Shown: piece after piece, positions 37,470 to 47,328 of the stretch
Numbering within the stretch: the first letter of the stretch is position 1
Layout: each line of letters begins with the position of its first letter
IMG/VR virus record: IMGVR_UViG_3300046714_000236
Span: 30,230-94,229 of that record
Strand: one strand, 5' to 3'
DNA: 64,000 bases
From: a virus
Notes under the pieces: model-generated
Told to the model about the DNA's origin: nothing
Database searches by the model: none
Seen by the model: only the letters and a program-made list of their open reading frames with translations
Program-made: the position numbers and the translations under genes

Positions 37470-38338
37470 ACCGGCATCGATGCCGCCACGCGATTCAAGT
37501 AGCCGGTCCAGGGGAACGCGTTGCCGGGGTCCACGTGATCGCCCGCCTTCTTCGGCGCACGCACGTGCGTGCCCGGCTTCGGGAGCCGGAACATCTTCCA
37601 GTTCCGCCAAACCTCATTGATGTCCGCGTGCCCGCAGAACCCACCGCCGCGCGAGGGTTCTCCGTCGCAATAGGCGCGGAGCTCGTCTGCGAGATCTGCG
37701 AGCGAATACCGGCGCACCTGCACGCCGAACCGGAGGCACTGCTTCGCCGCGTCGCGCGCGCTGATCGCGAGCATCTTCTGCGAGTAGTCATCGGCCCATC
37801 CCACCTCGCCCTGCGACGCATAGCCCGCGTGCTCGATGTGATAGCCGATCGTGTTCGCGCCGGGCGCCGCTGCCGCCTGATGCTCGGGACGCACGCAACG
37901 GACCGCGCTGTCACCGTCCGCGCAGAGGTGCGCCGATGCTTCGGGGGGCGGCCCGAGCTTGCCCGCGAACCACGCCGCGACGCCTTCCGCGGTGCCCGGC
38001 TTCTCGGGTGCCTCCATCGTGTGCACGACGATGAGCCGCACGTCCGTTCGATTGAGGTACTTCCAACAAGCCGCCTGCAGGAAGGGCCAGTCTTCCCCGA
38101 GTAGCTTCCACGGCTGCGACTTGGGGATCACGTCGACGGCGCCGAGCGTCTGCGGTCCTACGCGCCCATCCGCTTCGAGCCCGCGATCGATCTGAAACTG
38201 GATCGTGTACTTCCGCGTCTGTTCTCCGAAGAACGCGGTCGCGGGATCTCGGTCGGGTGTGACCGGGTACCCGAAGTTCTGCAGTCGCTTTTCCCACTCG
38301 AAGACATCTGAACCACGCGAGCCGTATTCGAGAACCAT
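37466..38338 (-). CDS. endolysin: peptidoglycan-binding domain plus N-acetylmuramoyl-L-alanine amidase
   Basis: GSRGSDV...FQIDRGLEADGRVGPQT; IVVHT, SAH, IEHAG, GH and HVDPG. Confidence 0.85.
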   Translation of the reverse strand: MVLEYGSRGSDVFEWEKRLQNFGYPVTPDRDPATAFFGEQTRKYTIQFQIDRGLEADGRVGPQTLGAVDVIPKSQPWKLLGEDWPFLQAACWKYLNRTDVRLIVVHTMEAPEKPGTAEGVAAWFAGKLGPPPEASAHLCADGDSAVRCVRPEHQAAAAPGANTIGYHIEHAGYASQGEVGWADDYSQKMLAISARDAAKQCLRFGVQVRRYSLADLADELRAYCDGEPSRGGGFCGHADINEVWRNWKMFRLPKPGTHVRAPKKAGDHVDPGNAFPWTGYLNRVAASMPV

Positions 38339-38348
38339 CACGCCTCCG

Positions 38349-38368
38349 GACCGACATCGATGTCGGGC
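38349..38368. repeat. palindrome copy 9
   Basis: GACCGACATCGATGTCGGGC. Confidence 0.95.
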
Positions 38369-38378
38369 ACCGCGGATG

Positions 38379-40337
38379 TTAGCCCACTGCAAGAAACTCC
38401 GCGATGTCCGATAGGTCGCGACTCAGGCGCACGCCCTCGGGAAGAGCCCGGTGAAAGATCCTGCCGTAAGGCTTCGAGACGAGCCGCCGATCGAGCAGCA
38501 CGACGACGCCGCGATCGGTCGGCGTGCGGATAAGTCTTCCGGCTCCCTGCGCGAAATCGATCACCGCACGCGGGACCATGTACGTCATGAACCAGTTTGT
38601 TGTCCGCGAAGTGATCGCGTCGACTACTGGATCCTGCGGGCTCTCGAACGGGAGCCGATCGATCACGACGCACGAGCAGCTTTCGCCGGGCACGTCGACA
38701 CCTTCCCAGAAACTGCTCGTCCCGACGAGCACGCTCGTCACGTCTTCGCGAAACTGCTTCAGGAGCTCGGTGCGCGGTGCGTCCCCTTGCGCGAGGATCT
38801 TGAACGGGAACTTCTCCTCGCGAAGCCGGTCGCGGAACTGCTGACACATCTTCGTGCTCGTGCTGAGCACGAGCGTGCGCCCCTTCGCGAAGCCCACCGC
38901 TTCGACCACCGCTTCGGCAGACGCCGCAGGGAAGCTCGGATCGTTCGGCTCGGGGAGTCCTGCGGGCACGATGAGCAGCGCTTGGTTGGGCCAGTCGAAC
39001 GGGCTCGCGACGGTGAGCGTCGTCGCGTCCGTCGCGCCGAGATCTTCCATCACGTGCTCGAACGAGCCATCCACCGCGAGCGTTGCACTCGCCCCGATCA
39101 CGCTTCGCGTCCCGTCGAAGAGATGCGCCTTCAGGATCGGCGCGACGTCGATCGGTTTGCCGACTAGCGCGACCTGATCCTTCCCCGCGGGTTCGAGGAA
39201 GTAGACCCACTCGCCCGAGCGATCGACGCGAAGCGCGGAGTTCAGCTGCGAGACGATCCCCTCGCACTTCACCGCGCACTTCAGGATCTCGCTCGTGTCT
39301 TCCGCCGAGTAGGCGCGGGAAGCTGCCGCCTCGCTCATCACCTTCGCCGCTTCGAGCAGGAGCGTCACGAGCTGCTCGCGCGGGACGGCATCCGGTTCGC
39401 GGAAGCGCGCGCGGTATCGGTCGCTCACCGAGTACGCCGCGAGCGACTCGAAGAACCGATCGGCTTGCGTGAGCACACGCTCCGCGAGCTTCGGAGAAAT
39501 GCCCGGCACTGCGTTCGAGCCGACGAGCGGTCGCATCGCCCACCGCAGCGATCCGATCGTGATCCGGAACCCGAGGAAGTCGCGCGCGATGTCGCCCGCG
39601 GCGTGCAGCTCGTCGAGCATCACGACGTCCGCCTCGGGGAGCACGCCTTGCCCGCCTGCCATCCGGATCTGCATATCCGCGAAGAAGAGATGATAGTTCG
39701 TGACGACGACGTTCGCGCGCTGCGCCTCGCGTCGCGAGCGCACGCCGTGACACTGCTCGTACTGCTTGCACTTCTTTCCCACGCAGTCGTCCGACGTCGT
39801 GGCGACCTTCAATCGAACGCGCGGGTGCAGCTCGAACGGGAGTTCAGAAAAGTCGCCGGTGCGCGTCTGCTTCGCCCATTGCGCGACCTTCGCCAATTGC
39901 TGATCGGCTTCAGGTTCCCCGCGGATGTTCGTGTCCGCGTTCTTCTCCCACGCGCGAAGACATAGAAAGTTGTTGATCCCCTTCGCGAGCGCGTACTCGA
40001 ATCGCCAAGGGAGTGCCTTCTTCAAGGCTGGCAGATCCTTCGTGATGAGCTGTTCCTGCAGCGCGATGTTTGCCGTCACATAGATCGCGCGCTTCGCGTG
40101 GTGGACCGCGTGATGGATCGCCGGCACGAGAAGCGCGACGCTCTTACCCGTCCCGGTCGGAGCCTGGATCAGTTTGATCGCGCCGGGTGTGCCGATCGTT
40201 TCGTCGACGGCTTCCGCCATCGCCACCTGGCCGGCGCGTCGCTGGTAGTCGGAACGCGACCGCGCGAGCGGCCCGTCTTCGGCGAAGAGCGCAAGCACAA
40301 GCCCGGCCGTCGGGCGCACGTCGAATGGATCACTCAC
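38379..40337 (-). CDS. DinG/YoaA-family ATP-dependent helicase
   Basis: QAPTGTGKS, Fe-S-type cysteines, DELH, SATL, FWEGVDVPG and QGAGRLIR. Confidence 0.9.
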   Translation of the reverse strand: MSDPFDVRPTAGLVLALFAEDGPLARSRSDYQRRAGQVAMAEAVDETIGTPGAIKLIQAPTGTGKSVALLVPAIHHAVHHAKRAIYVTANIALQEQLITKDLPALKKALPWRFEYALAKGINNFLCLRAWEKNADTNIRGEPEADQQLAKVAQWAKQTRTGDFSELPFELHPRVRLKVATTSDDCVGKKCKQYEQCHGVRSRREAQRANVVVTNYHLFFADMQIRMAGGQGVLPEADVVMLDELHAAGDIARDFLGFRITIGSLRWAMRPLVGSNAVPGISPKLAERVLTQADRFFESLAAYSVSDRYRARFREPDAVPREQLVTLLLEAAKVMSEAAASRAYSAEDTSEILKCAVKCEGIVSQLNSALRVDRSGEWVYFLEPAGKDQVALVGKPIDVAPILKAHLFDGTRSVIGASATLAVDGSFEHVMEDLGATDATTLTVASPFDWPNQALLIVPAGLPEPNDPSFPAASAEAVVEAVGFAKGRTLVLSTSTKMCQQFRDRLREEKFPFKILAQGDAPRTELLKQFREDVTSVLVGTSSFWEGVDVPGESCSCVVIDRLPFESPQDPVVDAITSRTTNWFMTYMVPRAVIDFAQGAGRLIRTPTDRGVVVLLDRRLVSKPYGRIFHRALPEGVRLSRDLSDIAEFLAVG

Positions 40338-40611
40338 GTCGGGGAGGATGCTGCTCTAGCGGGTCGCGGTGCAGATGTCGCGTCGCGAACGAGACCACGT
40401 GACTCCGGATCTGTCCCGTCGTGCACATGCTCGCCCACTTCTGCTTGCATCGCGTGCACACCACCTCGAACGGTTGCGGCTTCGGGAACCCGTTCTCGTC
40501 GAACGCCCGCGCCGCGAATTGCCCGACTACGTGAGGCGCCATCTGCGGGCTCCACGTCTGCGAGAGCTCCGCCGGTTCAGCGAGATCCAAGTCCGAATTG
40601 TTCTTCGGCAT
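40330..40611 (-). CDS. small Zn-binding-like protein
   Basis: CTRC...C...H motif. Confidence 0.5.
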   Translation of the reverse strand: MPKNNSDLDLAEPAELSQTWSPQMAPHVVGQFAARAFDENGFPKPQPFEVVCTRCKQKWASMCTTGQIRSHVVSFATRHLHRDPLEQHPPRRE

Positions 40612-40876
40612 TGCTGAGAGCATCTCGAAGAAGCTCGACGTTGTCGAGCGCACTGATCCCCGGAGGACCGTCGATCACCTGCAACAAATCCCGCGCCGTG
40701 ATCACGAGCGCGCGAAGCGCCACATCCTGATCCACGGAGAATTTTGGGTGCTCCGTCGCTTGCTTCAGGAGGAGCTCTAGCTGCTTCGATCGCTGCTGCT
40801 CGGTCGCGAGTGCTTCCGCGTAGAAGCCCGCCATTGAGACGAGCGCGTTCGATCCCTGCGTCGCGAGCGTGCTCAT
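40577..40876 (-). CDS. hypothetical protein
   Basis: ATGA overlap with the upstream gene. Confidence 0.5.
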   Translation of the reverse strand: MSTLATQGSNALVSMAGFYAEALATEQQRSKQLELLLKQATEHPKFSVDQDVALRALVITARDLLQVIDGPPGISALDNVELLRDALSNAEEQFGLGSR

Positions 40877-41172
40877 CGGCCGCCCGACATCGATGTCGGT
40901 TCCCAGTCTGGATCCCACACGTGCCCGAACCGCTTCACGATGAGCGCGCCGACATCATCGTTCGACACCGATCGATCGGCCGCGTTGTGATCGAGGATGA
41001 GCACGCCCTCCGGGTCGAACACCTTCAGGCGGGACGCGATCCGCTCGGAGCCCTTCGGCGTGACGAAGAATCCGCCGCGCGGCTCGTACACTGCGCGATA
41101 GCCCGGAAGCTTTTCGTTGATGGCGCGCGCCACTCGGGCAAGGCGCGGCGTTCTCGTGGTGACTCTGCTCAT
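40873..41172 (-). CDS. hypothetical protein
   Basis: MSRVTTR start with ATGA overlap; the palindrome encodes its C-terminus. Confidence 0.55.
   Translation of the reverse strand: MSRVTTRTPRLARVARAINEKLPGYRAVYEPRGGFFVTPKGSERIASRLKVFDPEGVLILDHNAADRSVSNDDVGALIVKRFGHVWDPDWEPTSMSGGR
40882..40901. repeat. palindrome copy 10 (3' end of a CDS)
   Basis: GCCCGACATCGATGTCGGTT. Confidence 0.93.
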
Positions 41173-41618
41173 CGTGTTTTCAGGATGCCGCGCCGAGCGA
41201 AGCCCGAGATCTGCTCGATGGCCGCGCGCCGGTCGGTTGCGCTCATGCCGCCGAATGGATCGGCAGGATCGTACCCGAGCTCGATGAGCATGCGGAGCCG
41301 CGGGTGCTGATCGGCAAGGCTCACCTGTTCGTTCTGCAACGCGAGGAGCGCGTCCGGATCGTCGGTCGGCCCAGGCCAGAATCGTTCGGCGTACTCGTAT
41401 CCTCGGATGTACGCCTCGCGGTAGCTGTTCTCCGCGATCGCCGTCGCAAACTGGACCCAATCTTCATCGGTCGCGTCCGGGTGCAGCGCTCGATAGAGCC
41501 GCACTTCTTCCGAGATGCGCCGCGGAGGTGTGGGCCCCTCGTTGAAAATCCCAAGGATCCGTTCGAGGAGCTTGCGGAAGAAGCGGCCGGCTCGGGTCAT
41601 CGTGTAGAACTCGATCAT
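41169..41618 (-). CDS. hypothetical protein
   Basis: Divergent from the MTase; start may be 41600. Confidence 0.55.
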   Translation of the reverse strand: MIEFYTMTRAGRFFRKLLERILGIFNEGPTPPRRISEEVRLYRALHPDATDEDWVQFATAIAENSYREAYIRGYEYAERFWPGPTDDPDALLALQNEQVSLADQHPRLRMLIELGYDPADPFGGMSATDRRAAIEQISGFARRGILKTR

Positions 41619-42921
41619 GCCGTCGAAAAAATCTCAAGCTACCGATCCCTCCATCAACCGGATCTTCTGCGCAGGACCGCGGAAGAAGATCGCCGATCTC
41701 ATCTCCGATCCGAGGAACTCGATGGAGCACGATGAAGCGAGCATCGCCGGGATCTTGGCGAGCCTTCGCGAGTTCGGGCAACGGAAGAACATCGTGATCG
41801 ACGCGAGCGGGCTCGTGCGCGCTGGCAACGGCACGCTCGAAGCGGCGCGCCGATTGGGATGGACCGAGCTCGCGTGGGGCCCCGCTCCCGAAGAAGAGAA
41901 CGCCGCGCGCGCGTATGCACTAGCCGACAACCAAACGGCGCGGCTCGCGCGCTGGAACGACAACCTGCCGAGCGAGATCCAGTGGCTTGCAGAGAATGGC
42001 TTCGGAGCTCCGTCGCTCACGTCGTTCGGCTTCGAGCCCGACCGACTCTCGGAGATCCTTTCGCACGAACCCCCACCCGACTCAGGCCCGCGCGATTCGA
42101 TCCCGCCCGAGGATGTGATCCCCGAACCTCCGAAGGTGCCGATCACGAAACGGGGAGACGTGTGGAACCTCGGGGAGCACGTGCTCATCTGCGGGGACTC
42201 CTTCGACGCGGCGACACGGGAGCGCGTGCTCGATGCGGGCGCGGTCGATCTCGTCGTCACCGATCCGCCCTATGCGATCTATGGGTCGAGCACCGGCATC
42301 GGAGCCGACATCGCCGACGATCGCATGGTGCGCCCGTTCTTCGAGTCCGTGTTCCGCGCGTGCGAAAACGTAGTGAAGCCCTTCGGGCACATCTATCTTT
42401 GCTGTGACTGGCGAAGCCACTCGGCGATCCACGAGTCGAGCCGCGCGGTGCGCGGAGGGCACTACGGGATCTGGCCGAAGAATCTGATCGTGTGGGACAA
42501 GGGGCACGGGCTCGGGAGCATGTATGCGCAGACGCACGAGTTCGTCGCGTTCTTCGCGAAGCAGCCGACACCGAAAGCGATGAAGAGCACGCAGAAGGAA
42601 ACCGGGCACCGCACCGTGATGAAGCCGAACGTGTTCAAGCACGAGCGCGCGCACGGCGATGACAGACAGCACAACGCCGCGAAGCCGCCCGCGCTCTTCC
42701 GCTGGCTCATCGAGAACTCATCGGACAAGGGGGAACGCGTCGTCGACTTCTTCGGAGGGTCGGGGACGACCATCATCGCGGCCGAGCAGACCGGGAGGTG
42801 TGCGACCGTGTTCGAGGTGGAGCCCATCCACTGCGACGTCACGATCGCCAGGTGGGAGCGGCTCACCGGGGGGAAGGCGCGGAAGCTCGGGGGCCGTCAA
42901 CGCGCAGCGCGTCCCGCTTAG
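41617..42921 (+). CDS. ParB/Srx-like domain fused to a DNA methyltransferase
   Basis: PRN..H....SLREFG...IVID....AGNG.LEAARRLG; TDPPY; HNAAKP; DFFGGSGTT. Confidence 0.88.
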   Translation: MPSKKSQATDPSINRIFCAGPRKKIADLISDPRNSMEHDEASIAGILASLREFGQRKNIVIDASGLVRAGNGTLEAARRLGWTELAWGPAPEEENAARAYALADNQTARLARWNDNLPSEIQWLAENGFGAPSLTSFGFEPDRLSEILSHEPPPDSGPRDSIPPEDVIPEPPKVPITKRGDVWNLGEHVLICGDSFDAATRERVLDAGAVDLVVTDPPYAIYGSSTGIGADIADDRMVRPFFESVFRACENVVKPFGHIYLCCDWRSHSAIHESSRAVRGGHYGIWPKNLIVWDKGHGLGSMYAQTHEFVAFFAKQPTPKAMKSTQKETGHRTVMKPNVFKHERAHGDDRQHNAAKPPALFRWLIENSSDKGERVVDFFGGSGTTIIAAEQTGRCATVFEVEPIHCDVTIARWERLTGGKARKLGGRQRAARPA

Positions 42922-43085
42922 CCGACCGACACCATGCCCGCACCGACTGCGACGAGCTCGCTCGGCATCACCCACGTCGTGGTCCCCTGCCCGAGCACCT
43001 CGACGAGATAGAGGTGCCGCCCCTTCTTCACGAGCCGCACGGGGATCCGTTCTCCCCCCGTGCGTACTTCGTACAGCGGGTTCAT
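42918..43085 (-). CDS. small hypothetical protein (55 aa)
   Basis: MNPLYEVRTGG..., ATGA overlap; below the ORF-track cutoff. Confidence 0.4.
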   Translation of the reverse strand: MNPLYEVRTGGERIPVRLVKKGRHLYLVEVLGQGTTTWVMPSELVAVGAGMVSVG

Positions 43086-43480
43086 GGTCGGAGCTCCCCG
43101 GAGATCACCGCGGCGAAGACATCGCGCGCGTTCTGCTCAGCGAGCGCGAGCCGGTGCGCGAGCTTCGCGACCTTCTTCGTCCCCGCGTACGGTGTCGAAT
43201 ACTCGTCGCGCTTCTGCTGCGCGAGTTCGAGCGCGTCGCGTTCGAGCCGCGTCGCTGTCTTCACGTACAGGGTCTCAGCGAGAGCGAGCTTCACGTACAG
43301 CGCTTCGATCTTCGCGTCGTGCACCTTGCCGAGTTCCCCGAGCGCGATGAGCTCGTCGAGCTTCACCGCATCGCTCCCCGCCTGTGCGGGGTTCGGGTTC
43401 ACCGCGGGGTGATACGGGTCGCCAGGCTCCCGTCGGAGCCCCTGCCCGCGTCGCGATTGCCTACCCATGATCTCCGACAT
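43082..43480 (-). CDS. hypothetical protein
   Basis: TGATG coupling. Confidence 0.5.
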   Translation of the reverse strand: MSEIMGRQSRRGQGLRREPGDPYHPAVNPNPAQAGSDAVKLDELIALGELGKVHDAKIEALYVKLALAETLYVKTATRLERDALELAQQKRDEYSTPYAGTKKVAKLAHRLALAEQNARDVFAAVISGELRP

Positions 43481-43893
43481 CACGCCGCCTTCCCTGCGCA
43501 CTCGGGACCGAGCCCCATGGCGATCGACTCGGGCACCGTGAGCGCCCTGCCGCAGCGGCCGCAACACCCCTCGTGCCACACCTCGACACTCGGGGGGAGC
43601 GCGCCGAGCCGCGGGAACACCCACGCGAACGCCTTCGCGCTCGGAGCGTCGTATCCGATCTTGCTCTTCGCCCCGCCGTGCACGAACCGCCCATCCCGGA
43701 TGAAGCCGAGGTAGGAGTAATCCGCCTCGTTGTCCGAGCCGACGAGCACCGACACGAAGTGAACCCCGCCGTTCTTCGCGGCGCGGATCCGGTACGTGAA
43801 CCGGTTCCCCGTCGCCGTGTTCTGGATCGTCGCACGCGCGTTCCCCGCGAGGAGGAACCGCGCCGCGTCCGCGGCTGCGAGCTTGGCGTTCAT
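43480..43893 (-). CDS. DUF6011-like protein
   Basis: TGNRFTYRI...CGRCGRALTVPESIAMGLGPEC. Confidence 0.7.
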   Translation of the reverse strand: MNAKLAAADAARFLLAGNARATIQNTATGNRFTYRIRAAKNGGVHFVSVLVGSDNEADYSYLGFIRDGRFVHGGAKSKIGYDAPSAKAFAWVFPRLGALPPSVEVWHEGCCGRCGRALTVPESIAMGLGPECAGKAA

Positions 43894-44075
43894 TTTCCAC
43901 CTCGAACAAGCGCGCGCCCATTCCGAGAATGGATCCGCGAGATGAGACGTTCCACGCGACCGATCTTTTCCGCGATGATGCGAGCCGCAATGTTCGTGCG
44001 CACCGTCGTGCACCGAAGTTCGTCGCGCTTCGTATAGAGCGCGACGAGCAGCGTGTAGTGGTTCGTGATGAACAT
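43890..44075 (-). CDS. hypothetical protein
   Basis: Part of the early operon chain. Confidence 0.5.
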   Translation of the reverse strand: MFITNHYTLLVALYTKRDELRCTTVRTNIAARIIAEKIGRVERLISRIHSRNGRALVRGGK

Positions 44076-44359
44076 CAGCCGTCCCCCGCCGGCCCGCGCC
44101 GGTAGCCGTCAGCCGTCACGAGGTAGCCGACCGTGCCGCCGATCCCGTCGACGGGCGCGATCGTCGCTTCGGTCGCAGTGAAGAACGCGACCGCTGCCGC
44201 GATCTCGTACATCTCGATCCCGCCGGCTTCGACCGCCTGCTCGATCGTGACGTACGCCGCGACCGCGTCTTTCCAGTGCGCGCCGCGGAGGGTCGGGCAC
44301 ACGAGTTTCCACGCTGCTTCGTGGCGGGCTTTTTCTGCGTTCAGGGCTGCGAGGTTCAT
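44075..44359 (-). CDS. hypothetical protein, first gene of an early operon
   Basis: SD AAAGGA; sigma-70-like promoter upstream. Confidence 0.65.
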   Translation of the reverse strand: MNLAALNAEKARHEAAWKLVCPTLRGAHWKDAVAAYVTIEQAVEAGGIEMYEIAAAVAFFTATEATIAPVDGIGGTVGYLVTADGYRRGPAGDG

Positions 44360-44379
44360 GGGGTGGTTTCCTTTCCGAA

Positions 44380-44441
44380 CTGGACAGCCCCACTATAGGG
44401 GACAACTCGCCCCCGATACAAGCCCCGTGTGATCTTTTTTT
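44380..44441 (-). promoter_or_regulatory. sigma-70-type early promoter copy A
   Basis: A-tract, TTGTAT (44416-21), 18 bp, TATAGT (44392-97). Confidence 0.75.
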
Positions 44442-45025
44442 CAGGACCCCAAGATCAACGCCGAATCCTGCCCCGTGAGCACGCCCGTCACCGCGTACCA
44501 CCCTAGCTCGCCCGCCCTGCAGTTTGCCGCCACCCAGGCGTCCCGCTCGTGCTCCGTCCAGGCTTCCGGGCATCCCGCCCGCCTGGCGCCTTCCTGCGCC
44601 CATGCCTTGCCGCCCTGGTCCTTCTTCCGCGGCCCGAGCACTTCCGTCTTCTTCGGGGAGCGACCGAGCAGGAACTTGCGCGCCGCGAGGATGCTCACCG
44701 GTTCGGCGACGATCGCCATCCGTCGGAAGAGTTCGAGCTTCACCGCGCCCCCGAGTTCCCCGAGCGCGTGAGCGCGGCTCTGCATGCTGCCGAACGAGTA
44801 TTGCTCGATCACCGCTTCCGTCACCGCGTTCGCTTGCGCGAATTTGATCACGGCGTTCGCGAGCTCGTCGAGCCGCTGCGTTTGGAACGCTTGCGGCGCG
44901 TCCTTCGGTAGCGGGCTCGTGAACGTGCGCCTTCCGATCTTCGTCCACTTCCCTTTCCAGTTCTCGGGCATCGCGATCATGCCGAGCCCACGAAGGGAGA
45001 GATCGAGCGCGAGTAAGACTCTCAT
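44441..45025 (-). CDS. RuvC-like Holliday junction resolvase
   Basis: LALDLSLRGLG, VIEQY, LGELGG and ERDA. Confidence 0.75.
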   Translation of the reverse strand: MRVLLALDLSLRGLGMIAMPENWKGKWTKIGRRTFTSPLPKDAPQAFQTQRLDELANAVIKFAQANAVTEAVIEQYSFGSMQSRAHALGELGGAVKLELFRRMAIVAEPVSILAARKFLLGRSPKKTEVLGPRKKDQGGKAWAQEGARRAGCPEAWTEHERDAWVAANCRAGELGWYAVTGVLTGQDSALILGS

Positions 45026-46944
45026 CCGAGCACCTCGACGCGAGAGCCGTTCGCCCCCGCTGTGATCTTGATCCTACGCGGGAAGCTCGCGAGGAGCGCG
45101 GAGTCGTGCGCCGTCACGAACGATTGTTCTACCCCGTACTCGTCCGCGAGCATGGCAACTAGGTGCCGCGTCACCGCGTGACGGTTGAACGCATCGAGCG
45201 CACCAAAGGGCTCGTCGATACACGCCACGCGCCACGCCGATCCCCGCATCGCTCGGAGCCAGGCGTTCGCCGCGAGACGCACCGCGAGCCCCGCCAGATC
45301 TTCCGCGCCACCTGAGAGCGGGGAAACAACAGCGCGGAACTTGTGTTCGAGCTTCATGCCCCGCGCCGCGTTGCACGACGTGCACGCCTTCACCTTGCGC
45401 GAGGAAGGGAACGGGAGCCCGCACGTCGCACAGTGTTCCGCGGGTTGCTGCGTCTCGCGCGCCCATTGGAACGAGATGCCGAGCACGACGCCGCTCCGCT
45501 GCAGGAGCTCGTTCGCGCGCTGCTCGATGAGCGAGAGCATCCGTTCCGCAACTCTCCGCTGAGCGCCGCCAGGCCCGAGGATGAGCAGAGCTTCTCGGCG
45601 CGCCGTGATCTCGGGCAGGAGCGCGAGCACCTTCGCCCGCGACTCTTCGGCGCGCTTCAGGTGCTGCGCTTTCCACGCTTCGTTTCGATCGAGGATCTCG
45701 ATCTGCGATCGAACTTCCTGAAGCTCACGCGCCCAATCCGCAGTCGCCTCGACCGCGGGCTGCGCTTCCGTGTTGAAGAGCACCCACGCGGGACGGAGCC
45801 GATCCTGACGCGCACGGAGATCTTCGAGGTTCGCAGACCAGCGCGAGCCCGCGCGAATCCCATCCGTGATCAGATTCGCGAGCCGCGCCGTTTCGATTGA
45901 TTCCTTCTGCGCCGCTTCGTACTTCGCGTTCGCGGCTTCATCTGCTTTCGCGTTCGCTTCGATGTTCGAGTTCAGCTGATCCTTCGCCGGGCAATCGAAC
46001 CCACCGCGAACCGGACACTGCCCATCGAACTTCCCACGCACGAGCAGGCGCGTCTTCGTCAACGTCTGCCGTGCGACGAGCACCTTCGCCGCCGCTTCTG
46101 CCCCCGTGTTCATCGCCGCCGTGCGCTGCTCTTCGGTGTACGCGAATGGTTCCGCTTTCTCCTGCGCGGTGATCTCGCGCCCGAGCCGTTCGTACTCTTC
46201 GGCGTCGCGAGCGCGTGCCTCGTTCTTCGCGAGCGCAGCGCGCACACCCGCGTCCTTCTCGGTTTTGATCTGCAGCGCATCGGCTCGCGCCTGCAACGCT
46301 TCCCGCGCTCCCGGTTCACCGACATCGATGTCGGTCGCGTCCTGTTCCGACTGCACGGCGATCGCGATCCATCCATCGTGCTCCTTCAAAAGCCGGGTCA
46401 GATCTTCGGCGACGAACCCCGCCGCGTCCCGGACCTTTTCGATCCCGCACCACTCCGCGATCTGCGCCGTCACGATCCCGGGATCTTCGGTGATGAACCA
46501 ATCGACTTCCTTCTGCCGGCTCCACCACGTCGCGAGCTGCTCGTCCTTGCTCGTCCCCGTGAGCCGGTCGAGCGCTTCCTGCGCATGGTCCCCGCGGAGT
46601 TCGAGCTCCGCCCCTTGCCCATCCGGAATCACCACGCGGAGCTTCGTGCTTCCGCCGCGCGTGCGAAACCGTTCGGCGTATGCGCCGCCCGAGAACTCTG
46701 CCTCGACTCCGCCTTCTTCTTCGTCGTTCGTGATCCAGGCGTCTTCGGTCTGCTTCGGATGATCGCCCGTGAGCACGAACCGGATCGTCGCGAGGAACGA
46801 ACTCTTGCCGCTCCAGTTCGAGCGGCGCGGATCTTCTTCCGTCTCGCCCACCACCGCGAACGCGCCGGGCCCGAGCGCGAGCTCGTGCTCTCCTCGGAAC
46901 GGGAGGAAGTTTCGGATCCGAAGCCCTGTGATGATCTCGCTCAT
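45022..46944 (-). CDS. SbcC/Rad50-like ATPase
   Basis: NWSGKSS, central coiled coil with CPV....CP, LSGG and IDEPFGALD. Confidence 0.85.
   Translation of the reverse strand: MSEIITGLRIRNFLPFRGEHELALGPGAFAVVGETEEDPRRSNWSGKSSFLATIRFVLTGDHPKQTEDAWITNDEEEGGVEAEFSGGAYAERFRTRGGSTKLRVVIPDGQGAELELRGDHAQEALDRLTGTSKDEQLATWWSRQKEVDWFITEDPGIVTAQIAEWCGIEKVRDAAGFVAEDLTRLLKEHDGWIAIAVQSEQDATDIDVGEPGAREALQARADALQIKTEKDAGVRAALAKNEARARDAEEYERLGREITAQEKAEPFAYTEEQRTAAMNTGAEAAAKVLVARQTLTKTRLLVRGKFDGQCPVRGGFDCPAKDQLNSNIEANAKADEAANAKYEAAQKESIETARLANLITDGIRAGSRWSANLEDLRARQDRLRPAWVLFNTEAQPAVEATADWARELQEVRSQIEILDRNEAWKAQHLKRAEESRAKVLALLPEITARREALLILGPGGAQRRVAERMLSLIEQRANELLQRSGVVLGISFQWARETQQPAEHCATCGLPFPSSRKVKACTSCNAARGMKLEHKFRAVVSPLSGGAEDLAGLAVRLAANAWLRAMRGSAWRVACIDEPFGALDAFNRHAVTRHLVAMLADEYGVEQSFVTAHDSALLASFPRRIKITAGANGSRVEVLG
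46317..46336. repeat. palindrome copy 11 (inside the SbcC CDS)
   Basis: CACCGACATCGATGTCGGTC; encodes TDIDVG. Confidence 0.95.
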
Positions 46945-47327
46945 AGTCCCGCTCGCGCAAGCGCGTCTTCGATGACGGCGCGCAGCTTCTCCGGATCCAT
47001 GCTGTACGAGTTTCCGAGCAGCCAATCGATCGCCTGCCGCGCCGTCTCTGCCGTTGCAGGGCTCGCGTTCGCTGCTTCATCGGGGAGCGATCGATCGCCG
47101 CCGCGCGCGGGAGCAAACCAAACGTGACGGACGCCGTTCTGTTTGAACTCGCGTGCGATGTCTGCGCGCTGCGCTGCCGTCGTTCCGCGCTCGGGCACGA
47201 GCTTCGCGATGTCCACGTGCGGAACTCCCTGCACCGGGAGCACCACCGTCGCGAGCTCCCACGCGCCCGCGATCTTTCGCACGCGCGGATCATCGAACGC
47301 GGGTCGCACTTCTGATCGTCGTCGCAC
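46941..47327 (-). CDS. probable stand-alone C-terminal part of SbcD
   Basis: SD GGAGG then GTG; lies between the phosphoesterase and SbcC. Confidence 0.5.
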   Translation of the reverse strand: MRRRSEVRPAFDDPRVRKIAGAWELATVVLPVQGVPHVDIAKLVPERGTTAAQRADIAREFKQNGVRHVWFAPARGGDRSLPDEAANASPATAETARQAIDWLLGNSYSMDPEKLRAVIEDALARAGL

Positions 47328-47328
47328 G

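Noticed and set aside
37471-37486. CCGGCATCGATGCCGC as a 15th palindrome copy
   Set aside because: It has three mismatches to the otherwise invariant core and is explained by the GCGGCA promoter-like motif before dnaN. It remains a possible weak site.
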